A stretch of 64,000 nucleotides of DNA from Bacteroidota bacterium. Lineage in GTDB: Bacteria > Bacteroidota > Bacteroidia > JABEUT01. Both the position numbers and the translations under genes were made by a program. This document shows, piece by piece, positions 49,302-61,037 of this stretch. The first letter of the stretch is position 1. Every line of letters begins with the position of its first letter. Location: positions 1,351 to 65,350 of the forward strand of contig JABDCA010000004.1 of assembly GCA_013288345.1 (NCBI GenBank). Direction: 5' to 3'. The notes below the pieces were generated by a model. The model ran no database searches and was not told where the DNA came from. It saw only the letters and a program-made list of their open reading frames with translations.

Positions 49302-51107
49302 ATGAGCGAAGCTCTACTGGAAGTTAAAAATCTGACGGTCGATTTTAAAAGTGAGGACGATACAGTTCGTGCCGTTGATGGTATTAGCTTTACACTTAAC
49401 AGGGGCGAATCACTTGGCATAGTCGGAGAATCCGGTTCCGGAAAAACAGTCAGTTCACTTGCACTTATGCGCCTTATCCCCCGTTCGGGTAAGGTAGTTA
49501 ACGGAGAATTACTATTTAACTCTCGCACTAACGGCCTGGTAGATGTTACCAAGCTTAGCGAAAAGGATATGCGCAACTTCAGGGGGAATGAAATTGCCAT
49601 GGTGTTTCAGGAGCCTATGACATCACTAAACCCCGTATATACATGCGGCGATCAGGTTATGGAGGCTATTATACTCCACCAAAAAGTATCGAAAGCAGAA
49701 AGCAGAAATCGTACGTTAGAACTATTTAAACAGGTAAAACTACCCCGCCCAGAAATTATACTGGACTCATACCCACACCAACTTTCCGGAGGTCAAAAAC
49801 AAAGGGTAATGATTGCCATGGCCATGTCATGCCAACCATCTATACTTATTGCTGACGAACCAACTACCGCACTCGATGTTACTGTGCAGGCTGCCATTCT
49901 TGATTTAATGAAGGAACTGCAGGCTGAACATAATATGAGCATCATATTCATATCGCACGATTTGGGTGTAATTGCCGAAATTGCTGAGAAGGTATTGGTA
50001 ATGTATAAAGGAAAGATTGTGGAACAGGGTAATATATTAGATGTATATGCAAACCCACAGCATCCTTATACAAAAGGGCTATTAGCATGTCGCCCTCCAC
50101 TCGATAAACGCCTTTATGTGTTGCCAACTGTTGCGGATTTTATGAAACCGGCACACGAGGGTGGCATTAATAAAGCTAACACCAAATTGAGTGATGTAGT
50201 TGATAAATACATTATTACTCCTGAGGTCCGTAAAAAAGCACATGAAAAACTGTACCAGCAAGAACCGATATTGCAGGTAAAGAACTTAAAGACATATTTC
50301 CCTATAAAAAAAGGCTTGTTTGGCAAAACAACCGACCATGTAAAAGCAGTTGATGACCTTACTTTTGACATTTACCCTGGAGAAACACTAGGTATAGTTG
50401 GAGAATCAGGCTCGGGAAAAACCACCCTTGGAAGAACTATATTAAGACTTATAGAACCCACCTCGGGCAGTATTGTATATAAAGGAGTGGATCTGTTAAA
50501 GCTTTCAGATAAAGAAATGAGAAGCTATCGTAAAAAGATGCAGATCATTTTCCAGGATCCCTACTCTTCGTTAAATCCGCGTATTACTATAGGCGAAGCT
50601 ATTATGGAGCCCATGCAGGTTCATAATATTATGAATTCAGATAAAGAACGAAAAGATAGAGCCATTGAATTACTCGAAAGGGTAAATATGAACGCGTCAC
50701 ACTTTCAGCGTTACCCTCACGAATTTTCGGGTGGGCAACGCCAGCGTATATGCATAGCACGTGCAGTGGCGCTTAACCCTGAGTTTATTATTTGCGATGA
50801 GAGTGTTTCATCACTCGATGTATCGGTTCAGGCGCAAGCGCTTAACCTACTTGCTGAGCTGCGTAAAGATTTTGGCTTCTCATACATATTTATTTCTCAT
50901 GATATTTCAGTGGTAAAATTCATATCGGACAGGATGCTGGTTTTATACAACGGGCAGATTGAAGAGATGGGCGATGCCGATGATATTTATTTTAACCCGC
51001 AAAAAGATTACACCAAACGGTTGATAAACGCCATTCCCAAAGGCCGTATTGAAGACATCCGTGCTTCGATGGAAGAAAGGAAAAACCGCAACCACACACT
51101 AGCTTAA
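49302..51107 (+). CDS. peptide ABC transporter ATP-binding protein, fused DppD/DppF type
   Basis: two GESGSGK Walker A motifs, [27 protein letters not shown]. Confidence 0.93.
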   Translation: MSEALLEVKNLTVDFKSEDDTVRAVDGISFTLNRGESLGIVGESGSGKTVSSLALMRLIPRSGKVVNGELLFNSRTNGLVDVTKLSEKDMRNFRGNEIAMVFQEPMTSLNPVYTCGDQVMEAIILHQKVSKAESRNRTLELFKQVKLPRPEIILDSYPHQLSGGQKQRVMIAMAMSCQPSILIADEPTTALDVTVQAAILDLMKELQAEHNMSIIFISHDLGVIAEIAEKVLVMYKGKIVEQGNILDVYANPQHPYTKGLLACRPPLDKRLYVLPTVADFMKPAHEGGINKANTKLSDVVDKYIITPEVRKKAHEKLYQQEPILQVKNLKTYFPIKKGLFGKTTDHVKAVDDLTFDIYPGETLGIVGESGSGKTTLGRTILRLIEPTSGSIVYKGVDLLKLSDKEMRSYRKKMQIIFQDPYSSLNPRITIGEAIMEPMQVHNIMNSDKERKDRAIELLERVNMNASHFQRYPHEFSGGQRQRICIARAVALNPEFIICDESVSSLDVSVQAQALNLLAELRKDFGFSYIFISHDISVVKFISDRMLVLYNGQIEEMGDADDIYFNPQKDYTKRLINAIPKGRIEDIRASMEERKNRNHTLA

Positions 51108-51109
51108 CA

Positions 51110-52606
51110 ATGTCAAACAATTCGTTTCAGGTTTATAATACGCTAACGCGCAAAAAAGAAGTCTTTGCTCCTATTAACCCTCCATTTGTAGGAATGTACC
51201 TATGCGGGCCAACAGTATACGGCGATGCCCACCTTGGCCATGCAAGGCCTGCTATTACATTCGATATTCTGTTCCGTTACTTAAAACACCTGGGTTATAA
51301 AGTGCGTTATGTACGTAATATAACTGACGTAGGACACTTAGAAAATGACAGTGACGAAGGCGAAGATAAGATTGGCAAAAAAGCCCGCCTCGAAAAACTT
51401 GAACCAATGGAAGTGGTGCAACACTATACATTAGGTTATCATCGCAATATGGATGCCCTTAATGTAATTCCTCCTTCTATAGAGCCTCATGCTTCGGGCC
51501 ATATCATTGAACAAATTGAAATGATAAAGCGCATTATTGCTCATGGCTTTGCATACGAATCGAACGGATCGGTATATTTTGATATAAACAGTTATCAGAA
51601 AGAACATAATTACGGGCAACTATCAGGCAGGATTACCGAGGACCTTATTAATAACACCCGCGAACTTGACGGACAAAGTGAAAAGAGAAGCCCTATAGAT
51701 TTCGCACTTTGGAAAAAAGCAGCGCCTGAGCATATTATGCACTGGCCATCGCCATGGGGCGAAGGTTTTCCGGGCTGGCATATAGAATGTTCTGCTATGA
51801 GTCGTAAATACCTGGGCGAAACATTCGATATACACGGAGGTGGAATGGACTTGCTTTTCCCACACCACGAATGTGAGATAGCACAATCAATAGGTAGTAG
51901 TGGCAAACAACCTGTTCGTTATTGGCTGCATAATAATATGCTTACCATAAACGGGCAAAAAATGGGCAAATCACTTAATAACTTTATTAACCTTGATGAG
52001 TTATTTACCGGGAGTCACAAATTACTGGAACAAGCCTATACCCCAATGACCCTACGCTTTTGCATGTTGCAAAGCCATTACCGTAACCCTATAGATTTTT
52101 CTAATAAGGGCTTGCAGGATGCAGAAAAAGGCTTAGCCAGACTCAGCGAAACATATTTAATGCTTCGCGATATGAAGTGGGTTAGTACCCCTGTTAATGC
52201 TGAGATAGAAAAAGACCTTTCTTCATTTGAAAAGGAATGTACTGATGCCATGAATGATGATTTGAATACGGCCATTGTTATATCGCATATGTTTCAGTCT
52301 TCGGCCCACGTAAACCGCTTTCATGCATCGGGCAAGACAGAAGGCGTTAGTGAAAAGGCATTTGAGAGCTACAGAAAAGCCTTCATGCTTTACTTTACTG
52401 ATATACTCGGACTAGTTACAGAAGAGAAGAACACAAGCAATGAGGATTTCGATAATTTGGTAAACAACCTGATTGAAGTGCGTACAGAGGCTAAGCAGAA
52501 AAAAGACTTTGCGTTATCAGATACAATAAGGAACATACTATCTAAATTTGTAGTATTGCAAGATTCAGCCACAACAACTGTTTGGAAACATGAGCGCAAG
52601 AAATAA
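51110..52606 (+). CDS. cysS: cysteine--tRNA ligase
   Basis: [41 protein letters not shown]. Confidence 0.97.
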   Translation: MSNNSFQVYNTLTRKKEVFAPINPPFVGMYLCGPTVYGDAHLGHARPAITFDILFRYLKHLGYKVRYVRNITDVGHLENDSDEGEDKIGKKARLEKLEPMEVVQHYTLGYHRNMDALNVIPPSIEPHASGHIIEQIEMIKRIIAHGFAYESNGSVYFDINSYQKEHNYGQLSGRITEDLINNTRELDGQSEKRSPIDFALWKKAAPEHIMHWPSPWGEGFPGWHIECSAMSRKYLGETFDIHGGGMDLLFPHHECEIAQSIGSSGKQPVRYWLHNNMLTINGQKMGKSLNNFINLDELFTGSHKLLEQAYTPMTLRFCMLQSHYRNPIDFSNKGLQDAEKGLARLSETYLMLRDMKWVSTPVNAEIEKDLSSFEKECTDAMNDDLNTAIVISHMFQSSAHVNRFHASGKTEGVSEKAFESYRKAFMLYFTDILGLVTEEKNTSNEDFDNLVNNLIEVRTEAKQKKDFALSDTIRNILSKFVVLQDSATTTVWKHERKK

Positions 52607-53648
52607 AAACATATCTGACACTTTAGAAGTACTATCATTTGTACTAATGCTTGCTTTTATATTTCTTGAAGGATGTAACAGTGGCTGCAACCACCCTACC
52701 CCAAGCCATGCTGATACAACCAAAGTTCAGACCGCACAAAACATCAATATACCTTCATTCAGTGCAGATACAGCTTACAAATACACCAAAGAACAGGTTG
52801 ATTTTGGTCCGCGTATTGTAGGCACTAAAGCCCATGAAAAATGCCTTCAGTTCATTATTTCGAAACTGAAACAAGACAGTATTACTTATTCAGTACAAAA
52901 ATCCAGCACGAAGACTTTCGACGGCAAAACATTTGATTTTGAAAACGTAATTGCTTCTTTACAACCCAACAATCCTGTGCGCATATTATTATGTACCCAC
53001 TGGGACACCAGGCCATTTGCCGATGCTGATAGTGTTGACCCGAAAGGAACCTTTGACGGAGCAGATGACGGAGCCAGTGGTGTAGCAATGCTGCTTGAGC
53101 TTGCACGTGACCTGAAAAAGACACACCCGACAGTAGGTATAGACCTTGTGTTTTTCGATATTGAAGATTATGGACAAGAAGCGGGTAACCCTGTTGATGG
53201 AAACTATCCTGATATGGAAGATAGTTGGTGTCTTGGTTCTCAGTATTGGGCAAGAAATATTCCTGCAAACTATGCTCCGCGTTATGGTATATTGTTAGAT
53301 ATGGTAGGTGGCAAGAACCCTGAATTTCCAATGGAGGGCACATCTATGCACTTCGCATCTGAGATAGTTAAGAAGGTTTGGAATATAGCCGACAACCTTG
53401 GTTATGGTGGCTTTTTTACACGCAATACTACTGTTGAGACCATTGATGACCATCGTTACATAAACAAAATAGCCAACATACCTACCATTGATATTGTACA
53501 TTATGATATGCCACGCAGGGATTACCCATACTGGCATCATACACATAGTGATAATATGAGTATTATTGATACAGCCACCATGCATATGGTTGGCCGTGTA
53601 TTAATGAATGTTATCTACCAGGAGAAGAGCTCAGCACCGCAACCATAG
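52590..53648 (+). CDS. M28-family zinc enzyme, likely glutaminyl cyclase lipoprotein
   Basis: LEGC lipobox; [31 protein letters not shown]. Confidence 0.85.
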   Translation: MSARNKNISDTLEVLSFVLMLAFIFLEGCNSGCNHPTPSHADTTKVQTAQNINIPSFSADTAYKYTKEQVDFGPRIVGTKAHEKCLQFIISKLKQDSITYSVQKSSTKTFDGKTFDFENVIASLQPNNPVRILLCTHWDTRPFADADSVDPKGTFDGADDGASGVAMLLELARDLKKTHPTVGIDLVFFDIEDYGQEAGNPVDGNYPDMEDSWCLGSQYWARNIPANYAPRYGILLDMVGGKNPEFPMEGTSMHFASEIVKKVWNIADNLGYGGFFTRNTTVETIDDHRYINKIANIPTIDIVHYDMPRRDYPYWHHTHSDNMSIIDTATMHMVGRVLMNVIYQEKSSAPQP

Positions 53649-53650
53649 TT

Positions 53651-54217
53651 TTATTTCTTGGCTTTCTTCCAGCACTCATCAATATGATCATCGACCATAC
53701 CTACAGCCTGCATAAAGGCATAACATATTGTTGAACCACGGAATTTAAAACCACGTTTGCCCATATCCTTGCTCATGGCATCACTTATAGCAGTAGTTGG
53801 TGGCACATCGCTTAATGACTTGCGCTTGTTTACAATTGGCTTACCGCCTACAAAGCCCCAAACGTACTTATCAAATGAACCAAACTCTTTTTGAATAGCA
53901 AGGAAGCATTTAGCATTATTAATGGCAGCAGCAATTTTAAGTCCGTTACGTATTATACCTGCATCCTGCATCAAAGTATCAACCTTCTTAGCATCGAACT
54001 TTGCAACCTTTTTAACATCAAATTGAGCAAATGCCTTGCGAAAGTTTTCTCGCTTTTTCAATACGGTTAACCAGCTAAGCCCCGCCTGAAAGCTTTCTAA
54101 CACCAGGAACTCAAATAGCTTTTGGTCGTCATGTACGGGTGTACCCCACTCTTTATCGTGGTATTCGATATATATAGCTTCTTTAATGCTCCAGCCACAA
54201 CGAACTTTCTCTTTCAT
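53651..54217 (-). CDS. tag: DNA-3-methyladenine glycosylase I
   Basis: YHDKEWG, LESFQAGLSW, IIRNGLKI, QAVGMVDDH. Confidence 0.95.
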   Translation of the reverse strand: MKEKVRCGWSIKEAIYIEYHDKEWGTPVHDDQKLFEFLVLESFQAGLSWLTVLKKRENFRKAFAQFDVKKVAKFDAKKVDTLMQDAGIIRNGLKIAAAINNAKCFLAIQKEFGSFDKYVWGFVGGKPIVNKRKSLSDVPPTTAISDAMSKDMGKRGFKFRGSTICYAFMQAVGMVDDHIDECWKKAKK

Positions 54218-54220
54218 AAA

Positions 54221-55651
54221 TTAAGCAGGTTTCTTTTTATTATTTACCCAGTTTACCAGATTAAGCAATGGCCCTGTCATAAATGTAGTTGCCAAAGCCA
54301 TTAATACCATCATAGCAAATATTTCAGGTGATAATATTCCAAGGTCATATCCAATATTCAACACGATAAGTTCCATAAGTCCACGTGTATTCATTAGTGC
54401 ACCAAGTGTTAGCGAATTGCCCCAGTTTTGCCCTACGATCTTCGCAGATATTGCTGTTCCAATAAACTTACCCGATACAGCAACAACCATTATAAGTCCG
54501 AATGCCGACCATGCAGCAGACTGGTTCAATAAGCCCATTTGAGTACGCAACCCGGTAAAAGCAAAGAATATCGGAAGCAAAACAAGTACACTTACATCTT
54601 CAATCTTTTCAGTTATCTTCTTCCTGAAATCAAGATTATGTGGCATAATAACGCCCGCAAGGAAAGCGCCAAAGAGAGCATGCACACCTATTAATTCAGT
54701 AAAGTAAGCCGAAGAAAGCAAGATAAAGAATGCAATAGATATTACAACCTTTCCTGGTTCGTGTTTCTTTAATTGGTCAGCTGATAATTTCTGAAGTAAT
54801 GGCCTTACAATGTAAAGCATACCAACTACAAACAATACTGCAAGTACAATAGTGAACATGGCGCTGGTTAAATTACCTGCCTTAGCAATTGCAATTACGG
54901 CAGCCAGCATGCACCATGCCATAAGGTCGTTAGTGGCTGCACACATAATGGCCATTGAACCGATTGGAGTTTTTGTCATGCCTCGTTCTTGTAAAATGCG
55001 GGCCAATACCGGGAACGCAGTAATACTTACCGATATACCAATAAACAAACTGAATGGGAGAAAACCAATTCCATCAGGACCAAAGGATGGATATAAATAA
55101 TAAGCAAGACATACACCTAACACAAACGGAACTATAATACTCGCTATACTAACAGTTAAGGCATCACCGGCTTTACTTATAATAACATCAATATCCAGGT
55201 CCATACCAATTATAAACATGAAAAAAGCCAGTCCTATTTGACTTAAAAACAAAAGTGTATTAAGCGAATCAGACGGGAACAGAAACAGAAAGAAATGCGG
55301 AAAGAATACCTTAAGTACCGATGGCCCTAATACTATACCGGCAATAATTTCGCCAATAACTGTTTGCTGGCCAAGCATACTAAGCAAAGCGCTGAATATG
55401 CGTGATGCACCTATAATAACAAGTATTTGCAGCAATAGAAGGCTAAGTGGGTGTTTTATGTTTTCTTTAAACTGTTTTATAGCCTGTGAGACGCCGGTTA
55501 TAGGTTCTGAAACATTTTGACTGACCAGTACTGGTTGCACTTTTTCTACCTTTTGCTTTATAGGTAATAAGGCACCCATCGTAGAAACCTTCCAAAGGCT
55601 TCCAATAAATAATGCAATTAAAACAATAGTAAAGAGGAAGGATTTCTTCAT
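54221..55651 (-). CDS. cation:proton antiporter (CPA2)
   Basis: [41 protein letters not shown]. Confidence 0.92.
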   Translation of the reverse strand: MKKSFLFTIVLIALFIGSLWKVSTMGALLPIKQKVEKVQPVLVSQNVSEPITGVSQAIKQFKENIKHPLSLLLLQILVIIGASRIFSALLSMLGQQTVIGEIIAGIVLGPSVLKVFFPHFFLFLFPSDSLNTLLFLSQIGLAFFMFIIGMDLDIDVIISKAGDALTVSIASIIVPFVLGVCLAYYLYPSFGPDGIGFLPFSLFIGISVSITAFPVLARILQERGMTKTPIGSMAIMCAATNDLMAWCMLAAVIAIAKAGNLTSAMFTIVLAVLFVVGMLYIVRPLLQKLSADQLKKHEPGKVVISIAFFILLSSAYFTELIGVHALFGAFLAGVIMPHNLDFRKKITEKIEDVSVLVLLPIFFAFTGLRTQMGLLNQSAAWSAFGLIMVVAVSGKFIGTAISAKIVGQNWGNSLTLGALMNTRGLMELIVLNIGYDLGILSPEIFAMMVLMALATTFMTGPLLNLVNWVNNKKKPA

Positions 55652-55705
55652 ATAAACATCAGCAATCTACATTTAACCATAGCAGAATATGAAAAGTTAA
55701 ATCTA

Positions 55706-56896
55706 CTAATTTTTTTGAGAATCATACTTACCATTAAACAACAGGTAAACTGCAACCAGCAATGCTGCCGCTCCACCAATATAGAATACATATACCGAAC
55801 CGAACTTATACCAAACTAAGCCTGCAAGACTACTTGCCAACAATGTGCAAATACTTTGTAGTCCTGAAAAAACACCTAAAGCTGTACCTGTATCTTTTTT
55901 ATCGCATGTCTTACTTATCCATGCCTTTGATATACCATCAGTAAAAGCATAATAGAGCCCATAAAGGAAGAAAAGAATAATAAAAGCTATTCTGCTTTGC
56001 GAATATGCCATGCCAAAATAAACTCCAGCAAAAAGCATCAAGCCTATTAACAGCATTGGTTTCAAACCCATCTTATCGCCTATTATACCGATAGGGAATG
56101 CAGATAGTGCAAAAACAAGGTTATAGAAAACATAAACTACAATTACGGTTATATCACCCATTCCAGACTCTTTCATTTTAAGTATCAGGAAAGCATCGGC
56201 ACTATTGAATAAAGCAAAGAACAACAGGCCGGAAACCAGTGCTTTGTATGAAGCATTACTAGCCTTCCAATATTTGAATTGAGAGAAGAAACCTACTCTT
56301 TCTTTTGTAGATAGGACTTCTGCGGGCTTTGGTTTATCCTTTAACCATAAGGTAAGAATAACTGCAATTATTCCCGGAAAGAAAGAAATGTAAAACAGGG
56401 AAACATACTTACCCTGATTATAGTAAAGGAACACGAGAGCAATAGACGGGCCTATTGCAGCACCCACCGTATCCATTGCCCTATGAAAACCGAATACCTT
56501 ACCCCTATCACCGTGTTTTGATTCATCAGCAAGTATAGCATCACGCGGCGCAGTCCGTATGCCTTTACCAAGCCGTTCTAATGACCGTGTAAAAAGCACC
56601 CATATTGAGTTTTTTGCAAACAACACCAGCAAAGGTTTTGAAACAGCGCTTAAGGTATAGCCCCATTTAACAAATGAGGCTCGTTTTCCTGTTTTGTCAG
56701 ATATTTTGCCAAAATACCCTTTACTTAAACTAGCGGTTGCTTCAGCAAGGCCCTCTAAAACACCTATAAACAAAACGGAGTAACCTATTGACTTCAGGTA
56801 AATAGGCATGATAGGCAATAGCATTTCACTTGCTATGTCATTAACCAGACTTACAAGTGACAGTATAAGTATCGTTCTTGTGATTGCTTTCATCAA
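55706..56896 (-). CDS. MFS transporter
   Basis: NDIASEML, GKISDKTG, GKGIRTAPRDA, FGFHRAMDTVGA. Confidence 0.92.
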   Translation of the reverse strand: MMKAITRTILILSLVSLVNDIASEMLLPIMPIYLKSIGYSVLFIGVLEGLAEATASLSKGYFGKISDKTGKRASFVKWGYTLSAVSKPLLVLFAKNSIWVLFTRSLERLGKGIRTAPRDAILADESKHGDRGKVFGFHRAMDTVGAAIGPSIALVFLYYNQGKYVSLFYISFFPGIIAVILTLWLKDKPKPAEVLSTKERVGFFSQFKYWKASNASYKALVSGLLFFALFNSADAFLILKMKESGMGDITVIVVYVFYNLVFALSAFPIGIIGDKMGLKPMLLIGLMLFAGVYFGMAYSQSRIAFIILFFLYGLYYAFTDGISKAWISKTCDKKDTGTALGVFSGLQSICTLLASSLAGLVWYKFGSVYVFYIGGAAALLVAVYLLFNGKYDSQKN

Positions 56897-56920
56897 AAAG
56901 AACGGATGCTAAGCATATTA

Positions 56921-57991
56921 TTATGGCTTAATAATCGTATTCCAGTTATTCTTATCGGGAGCATTGCCAAGGCGTATATCAAGCAGGCGTTGCTTTATCT
57001 TAAGTGCAACATTGCTATCTTTTACAGTCGGCAGTGTATAATCTTTGCCTTTAATATTAATGACTTGAATAGGAGCAACCACTGCTGCAGTACCTGTACC
57101 AAATGCTTCCTGCAATATTCCCTTTTCGTGAGCGCTGATTAATTCAGGCGCACCTATTTTCCTCTCCTCTATTTTAATACCCATATCCTTAGCAATGGTA
57201 ATAAACGAATCGCGGGTAACACCATCGAGTATTGAATCGGATAAAGGCGGAGTAACAAACACATCGTTGATCATGAACATTACATTCATGGTACCCGATT
57301 CTTCAATATTCAAATCAGCAGAGCCATCGGTCCATAATACCTGATCGAAGCCTTCTTTACGGGCCAAGCTAGACGGATAAAAAGCACCGCCATAGTTACC
57401 TGCACATTTGGCTGATCCTGTTCCGCCTCTTGCAGCACGCCTGTACTTATCCTCTACCTTTACTTTAAGCGGATTTGAATAATATGGGCCAACAGGGCCA
57501 CTGAATATGATAAACTTATATTCTTCAGCTACCTTAACACCAAAACGTTCTTCCGATGCGAATACAAATGGCCTTATATAAAGTGATGAACCTTCGGTAC
57601 CGGGTACCCAGGCTGCATCAAGCTTAATAAGAGTTTTTAATGCTTCATTAAAATGGTCGAATGACATTGCAGGGATACACATACGCTCCATTGACTTGCA
57701 AAATCGGTCGTAATGTTTCTCAACTCTGAATATCGAAATACTGCCATCTTTCATTTTAAAGGCTTTCATACCTTCAAACACTATTTGCCCGTAATGCAGG
57801 GCAAGCATAGTAGGTGACATGGCTATATTACCAAATGGTATAATTGACGATGAACCCCACTCTCCATCTATGTAATCTGAAACCAACATGTGGTCAGACA
57901 TAATACTTCCAAAAGGAAGATGGTTAAAATCTACTTCTCCAAGGCGGCTATTCTTAGTCTTTTCTATCATTATCTTCTCGGTAGCAATCAT
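56921..57991 (-). CDS. ilvE: branched-chain amino acid aminotransferase
   Basis: LHYGQIVFEGMKA, LYIRPF, AKCAGNY, EESGTMN, ILDGVTR, GTAAV. Confidence 0.95.
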   Translation of the reverse strand: MIATEKIMIEKTKNSRLGEVDFNHLPFGSIMSDHMLVSDYIDGEWGSSSIIPFGNIAMSPTMLALHYGQIVFEGMKAFKMKDGSISIFRVEKHYDRFCKSMERMCIPAMSFDHFNEALKTLIKLDAAWVPGTEGSSLYIRPFVFASEERFGVKVAEEYKFIIFSGPVGPYYSNPLKVKVEDKYRRAARGGTGSAKCAGNYGGAFYPSSLARKEGFDQVLWTDGSADLNIEESGTMNVMFMINDVFVTPPLSDSILDGVTRDSFITIAKDMGIKIEERKIGAPELISAHEKGILQEAFGTGTAAVVAPIQVINIKGKDYTLPTVKDSNVALKIKQRLLDIRLGNAPDKNNWNTIIKP

Positions 57992-58136
57992 AATTCAGGG
58001 TTAAATTGATTCTTATACTCTATACCTATACTACAAGGATAGGAATTTTTGTTGTAATAAGTATAAAGGCAAGGTAAAATTTGCTTAGAGCCCCATTTTA
58101 TATGTATCTTTACTCTATTAATCAAAAAATATTACT

Positions 58137-58628
58137 ATGATTTGTATCGCTATCCCTCTGGCCCTGCTCGTAATTGTAGCAGGTATGAAATTAATGGCCC
58201 AAACACAAAAAGATGGCCTCGGAAACCTGTACAAATATGTATCGTGGTTTGTGGTAGTTATGGGTTTTTTATTCCTTATGTGCGCTGGGTTGCATTGCGC
58301 TATGAAGTGCTGCCACCGTCATGAACAACGTTGCATGATGATGGAACGTAGGTGCGAAATGAATGAGGGCTGTGGCGGTGATGAAATGATGCATTGCAAT
58401 CATGGCAACATGATGGGTGGATGCATGATGCACAGAGGTGCTTGTGATGAAATGATGGGTAACGGAGGATCTTGTAATATGGGTGGTAGCTGTAAAGAAG
58501 GTTCAGAATGCAAAGAACGCATGGGTTCTAACTGCAATATGGGAGACGGCGGAAGCTGCCCAATGATGAAAAATGGTCATTGCGAAGAGAAAGATACCGT
58601 TGTAGTAAAAAAGGAGATTAAAAAGTAA
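58137..58628 (+). CDS. two-TM protein with Cys/Met/His/Gly-rich tail
   Basis: 163 aa with 17 Cys, 23 Met, 7 His (counted by eye); own terminator. Confidence 0.8.
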   Translation: MICIAIPLALLVIVAGMKLMAQTQKDGLGNLYKYVSWFVVVMGFLFLMCAGLHCAMKCCHRHEQRCMMMERRCEMNEGCGGDEMMHCNHGNMMGGCMMHRGACDEMMGNGGSCNMGGSCKEGSECKERMGSNCNMGDGGSCPMMKNGHCEEKDTVVVKKEIKK

Positions 58629-58646
58629 TATTTATATACTATTATT

Positions 58647-58680
58647 GAAAGCCCTGCAGCAATGCGGGGCTTTCTTATTT
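58647..58680. terminator. bidirectional intrinsic terminator
   Basis: GAAAGCCCTGC-AGCAAT-GCGGGGCTTTC. Confidence 0.7.
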
Positions 58681-59292
58681 AATTTTTGGAGCATCATAAT
58701 ACCGTTGTTTACCTTTTAATGTAAGGTAAGGCAGAAGCAGTTTATTCACATACTCTATATATGCAGCCTTCATTTCACTTTTCTTAAAGTCGCTATTCGA
58801 ATGGCTAAGAAAGAAAAACGCTCTTATTGCGCCACTAAGTTCCATTAAGTAATCAAGACCATCGTCATCCAGATCATCACGGAGCAACCCGCGGTTTTGT
58901 AGAGCAACTAACAGTTGTTTTAATTGACTTTTTCTTAATGCATTACTTGTATCAACTAATGCTGCAATTTTTGGATAGCTCCTTTTAATCTCGACAAAAT
59001 CCTTGAAAAGAAACAGGTATTTTACTGACAGATCATAAGTGTGGGCAGGTACATTGATCATATTATTAAACATATCTCCATCACCCATCATTTTTACTGA
59101 AATTGTTTTTAATTCATTAACCATGTCTGTATATAGCTCCGCTACAACATGCTCCTTTGTTTTATAATGATATGTAATGTTCCCATAGCTCTTACCAAGC
59201 TTTGCCCCTACTTCCCTCAGGGTAACATTAAGCATTCCTTTGTCATTAAATAGCTCAAGCGCTTTTTGTTTTATAATGTTTTTAGTATTCAT
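58675..59292 (-). CDS. TetR/AcrR-family regulator
   Basis: ALELFNDKG, TLREVG, SYGNITYHYKTKE. Confidence 0.92.
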   Translation of the reverse strand: MNTKNIIKQKALELFNDKGMLNVTLREVGAKLGKSYGNITYHYKTKEHVVAELYTDMVNELKTISVKMMGDGDMFNNMINVPAHTYDLSVKYLFLFKDFVEIKRSYPKIAALVDTSNALRKSQLKQLLVALQNRGLLRDDLDDDGLDYLMELSGAIRAFFFLSHSNSDFKKSEMKAAYIEYVNKLLLPYLTLKGKQRYYDAPKIK

Positions 59293-59307
59293 GTTACAAA
59301 AATACGC

Positions 59308-59331
59308 AAATTAGTCCAAATGGACTAATTT
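59308..59331. promoter_or_regulatory. TetR operator
   Basis: AAATTAGTCCA-AA-TGGACTAATTT perfect 11-bp arms between divergent genes. Confidence 0.8.
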
Positions 59332-59375
59332 AAGAAAAAAGATTATATTTGCCTTAAAATATAAAACACCAATTT

Positions 59376-60245
59376 ATGGAAACCTCTATTTATAAATCAT
59401 CGGAATATAAAGCAGAAATAATGGAGCTTTATGAAAAAAGGCTGGCAGCCTGTAACCTCAATTATGAAGATATTTATGTAGATACATTTGCAGGGAAAAC
59501 ACATGTAATAGCAACCGGAGACGCATCCAATCCACCACTTATAATACTTCATGGAATAAATGCGGGGGCTCCAATGGCGCTTGAATCTATAAAAGGACTC
59601 AGCAACTATTACAGGCTATATGCTATTGATACAGTAGGCCAGGCAACAAAAAGCAGCGAGACCCGCCTACCTATGAATGATGATAGTTATGCAAGATGGA
59701 TAAATGAAACAATGGATAAGCTGGCACTTAAAACAGCTTCATTTATTGGGGTTTCTTACGGAGCCTTTCTTCTGCAAAAGCTAATGACCTTTTACCCAAC
59801 CCGGATTACAAAAAGCATTTTCGTTGTACCATCAGGATTTGTAAACGGTTCATTTTTTAAATCAATGCAAAAATTATCATTCCCACTACTTCGGTTTCTA
59901 TCTACCAAAAAAGAAAATGATTTAGTGCGATTCATGGATGCTTTTTATACCCAGATCGATGAAACCGGTGTTTCGTTTCAGAAAAATGTTTTGCTAGGTG
60001 TAAAGGTTGACTATAGAAGGCCCACATTACTTACAGCCAAAGATGTAAATCAAATGCACTCACCGGTCTATGTTATGGTTGCCGACAACGACATATTTTT
60101 CCCCGGAGATAAAGCCCTTAAAAAATGCAAAGCTCTATTTATAAACTTCAAAGGTTCTTATATACTTAAAAACACCAAGCATATTCCGGCTCCGAATACC
60201 TACCCTGAAATTGAAAATCAGATAAAAAAATGGCTTGATGAATAA
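59376..60245 (+). CDS. alpha/beta hydrolase
   Basis: ILHG, AIDTVG, GVSYG nucleophile elbow, DIFFP, H near C-terminus. Confidence 0.88.
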   Translation: METSIYKSSEYKAEIMELYEKRLAACNLNYEDIYVDTFAGKTHVIATGDASNPPLIILHGINAGAPMALESIKGLSNYYRLYAIDTVGQATKSSETRLPMNDDSYARWINETMDKLALKTASFIGVSYGAFLLQKLMTFYPTRITKSIFVVPSGFVNGSFFKSMQKLSFPLLRFLSTKKENDLVRFMDAFYTQIDETGVSFQKNVLLGVKVDYRRPTLLTAKDVNQMHSPVYVMVADNDIFFPGDKALKKCKALFINFKGSYILKNTKHIPAPNTYPEIENQIKKWLDE

Positions 60246-60264
60246 TTTGAGGGGATAATCTTAT

Positions 60265-61026
60265 TTAATTCAATCTCTCAACCCAGTTTGCAATATAGCC
60301 GGCAACTTCTTCCCAGCCCTTTTGCCCGCATATAAAGTGACATCGGCCTAGGAATACCTTTAAGTCAGTTTGGCTGCTTTTATCAGAGTATTTACCATAA
60401 TTGCTCTCAACTAACGACTGAGGGATTATATTATCATCACTTCCGCCAATCATAAGTAACGGAGGGTGCGGCTTTGCAAAATCAATTTTACCATGCTTCA
60501 TAACTGAACGCGGAATGTTCCGACTCTCGGGTGTTACCAGTTCATCATACGCCTTATCTGAATCAGCCTGCGACATTACATTACAAAAAGCGTAGTGAAA
60601 TTGTGCCTTTGTGAGTACACAAGGAGAAAGTCCTTTAAATGGATTAATAACAGGCAGATTACTTTTAAGAAAGCTCCATTTAAATGAAAACACACCTGCA
60701 GGTGGTGCACTGTCAATACATATACCTGCTTTAGCCAAATCCCTGTTTACCAGTATTTGGGTAATTAAACCGCCCATAGAATGCCCTATAACAATAGGCT
60801 TTTCATCGAGTTTGCTTATTACTTGTGCAACTGAATCTACTACTCTATCAAGGGTAAGTTTGCTTAATTCAGCAGGAATATTTCCCCTTAATTCTGCCGG
60901 TTCTCCTTCATGGTAAGGGTATGCGGGAGTATGACATTTATATCCTTTGGCTTCAAAATATTTAACCCACTCGTTCCAGCTTTTTGGGTTCTGAAACATA
61001 CCATGAACAAAAACGATATTCTTCAT
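60265..61026 (-). CDS. alpha/beta hydrolase
   Basis: FVHGMF, GHSMGG, DNIIP, GRCHF. Confidence 0.9.
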   Translation of the reverse strand: MKNIVFVHGMFQNPKSWNEWVKYFEAKGYKCHTPAYPYHEGEPAELRGNIPAELSKLTLDRVVDSVAQVISKLDEKPIVIGHSMGGLITQILVNRDLAKAGICIDSAPPAGVFSFKWSFLKSNLPVINPFKGLSPCVLTKAQFHYAFCNVMSQADSDKAYDELVTPESRNIPRSVMKHGKIDFAKPHPPLLMIGGSDDNIIPQSLVESNYGKYSDKSSQTDLKVFLGRCHFICGQKGWEEVAGYIANWVERLN

Positions 61027-61037
61027 TTCAATGGGGA

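Noticed and set aside
58137-58628. RiPP precursor
   Set aside because: No modifying enzymes or transporter nearby; has two TM helices rather than a leader peptide
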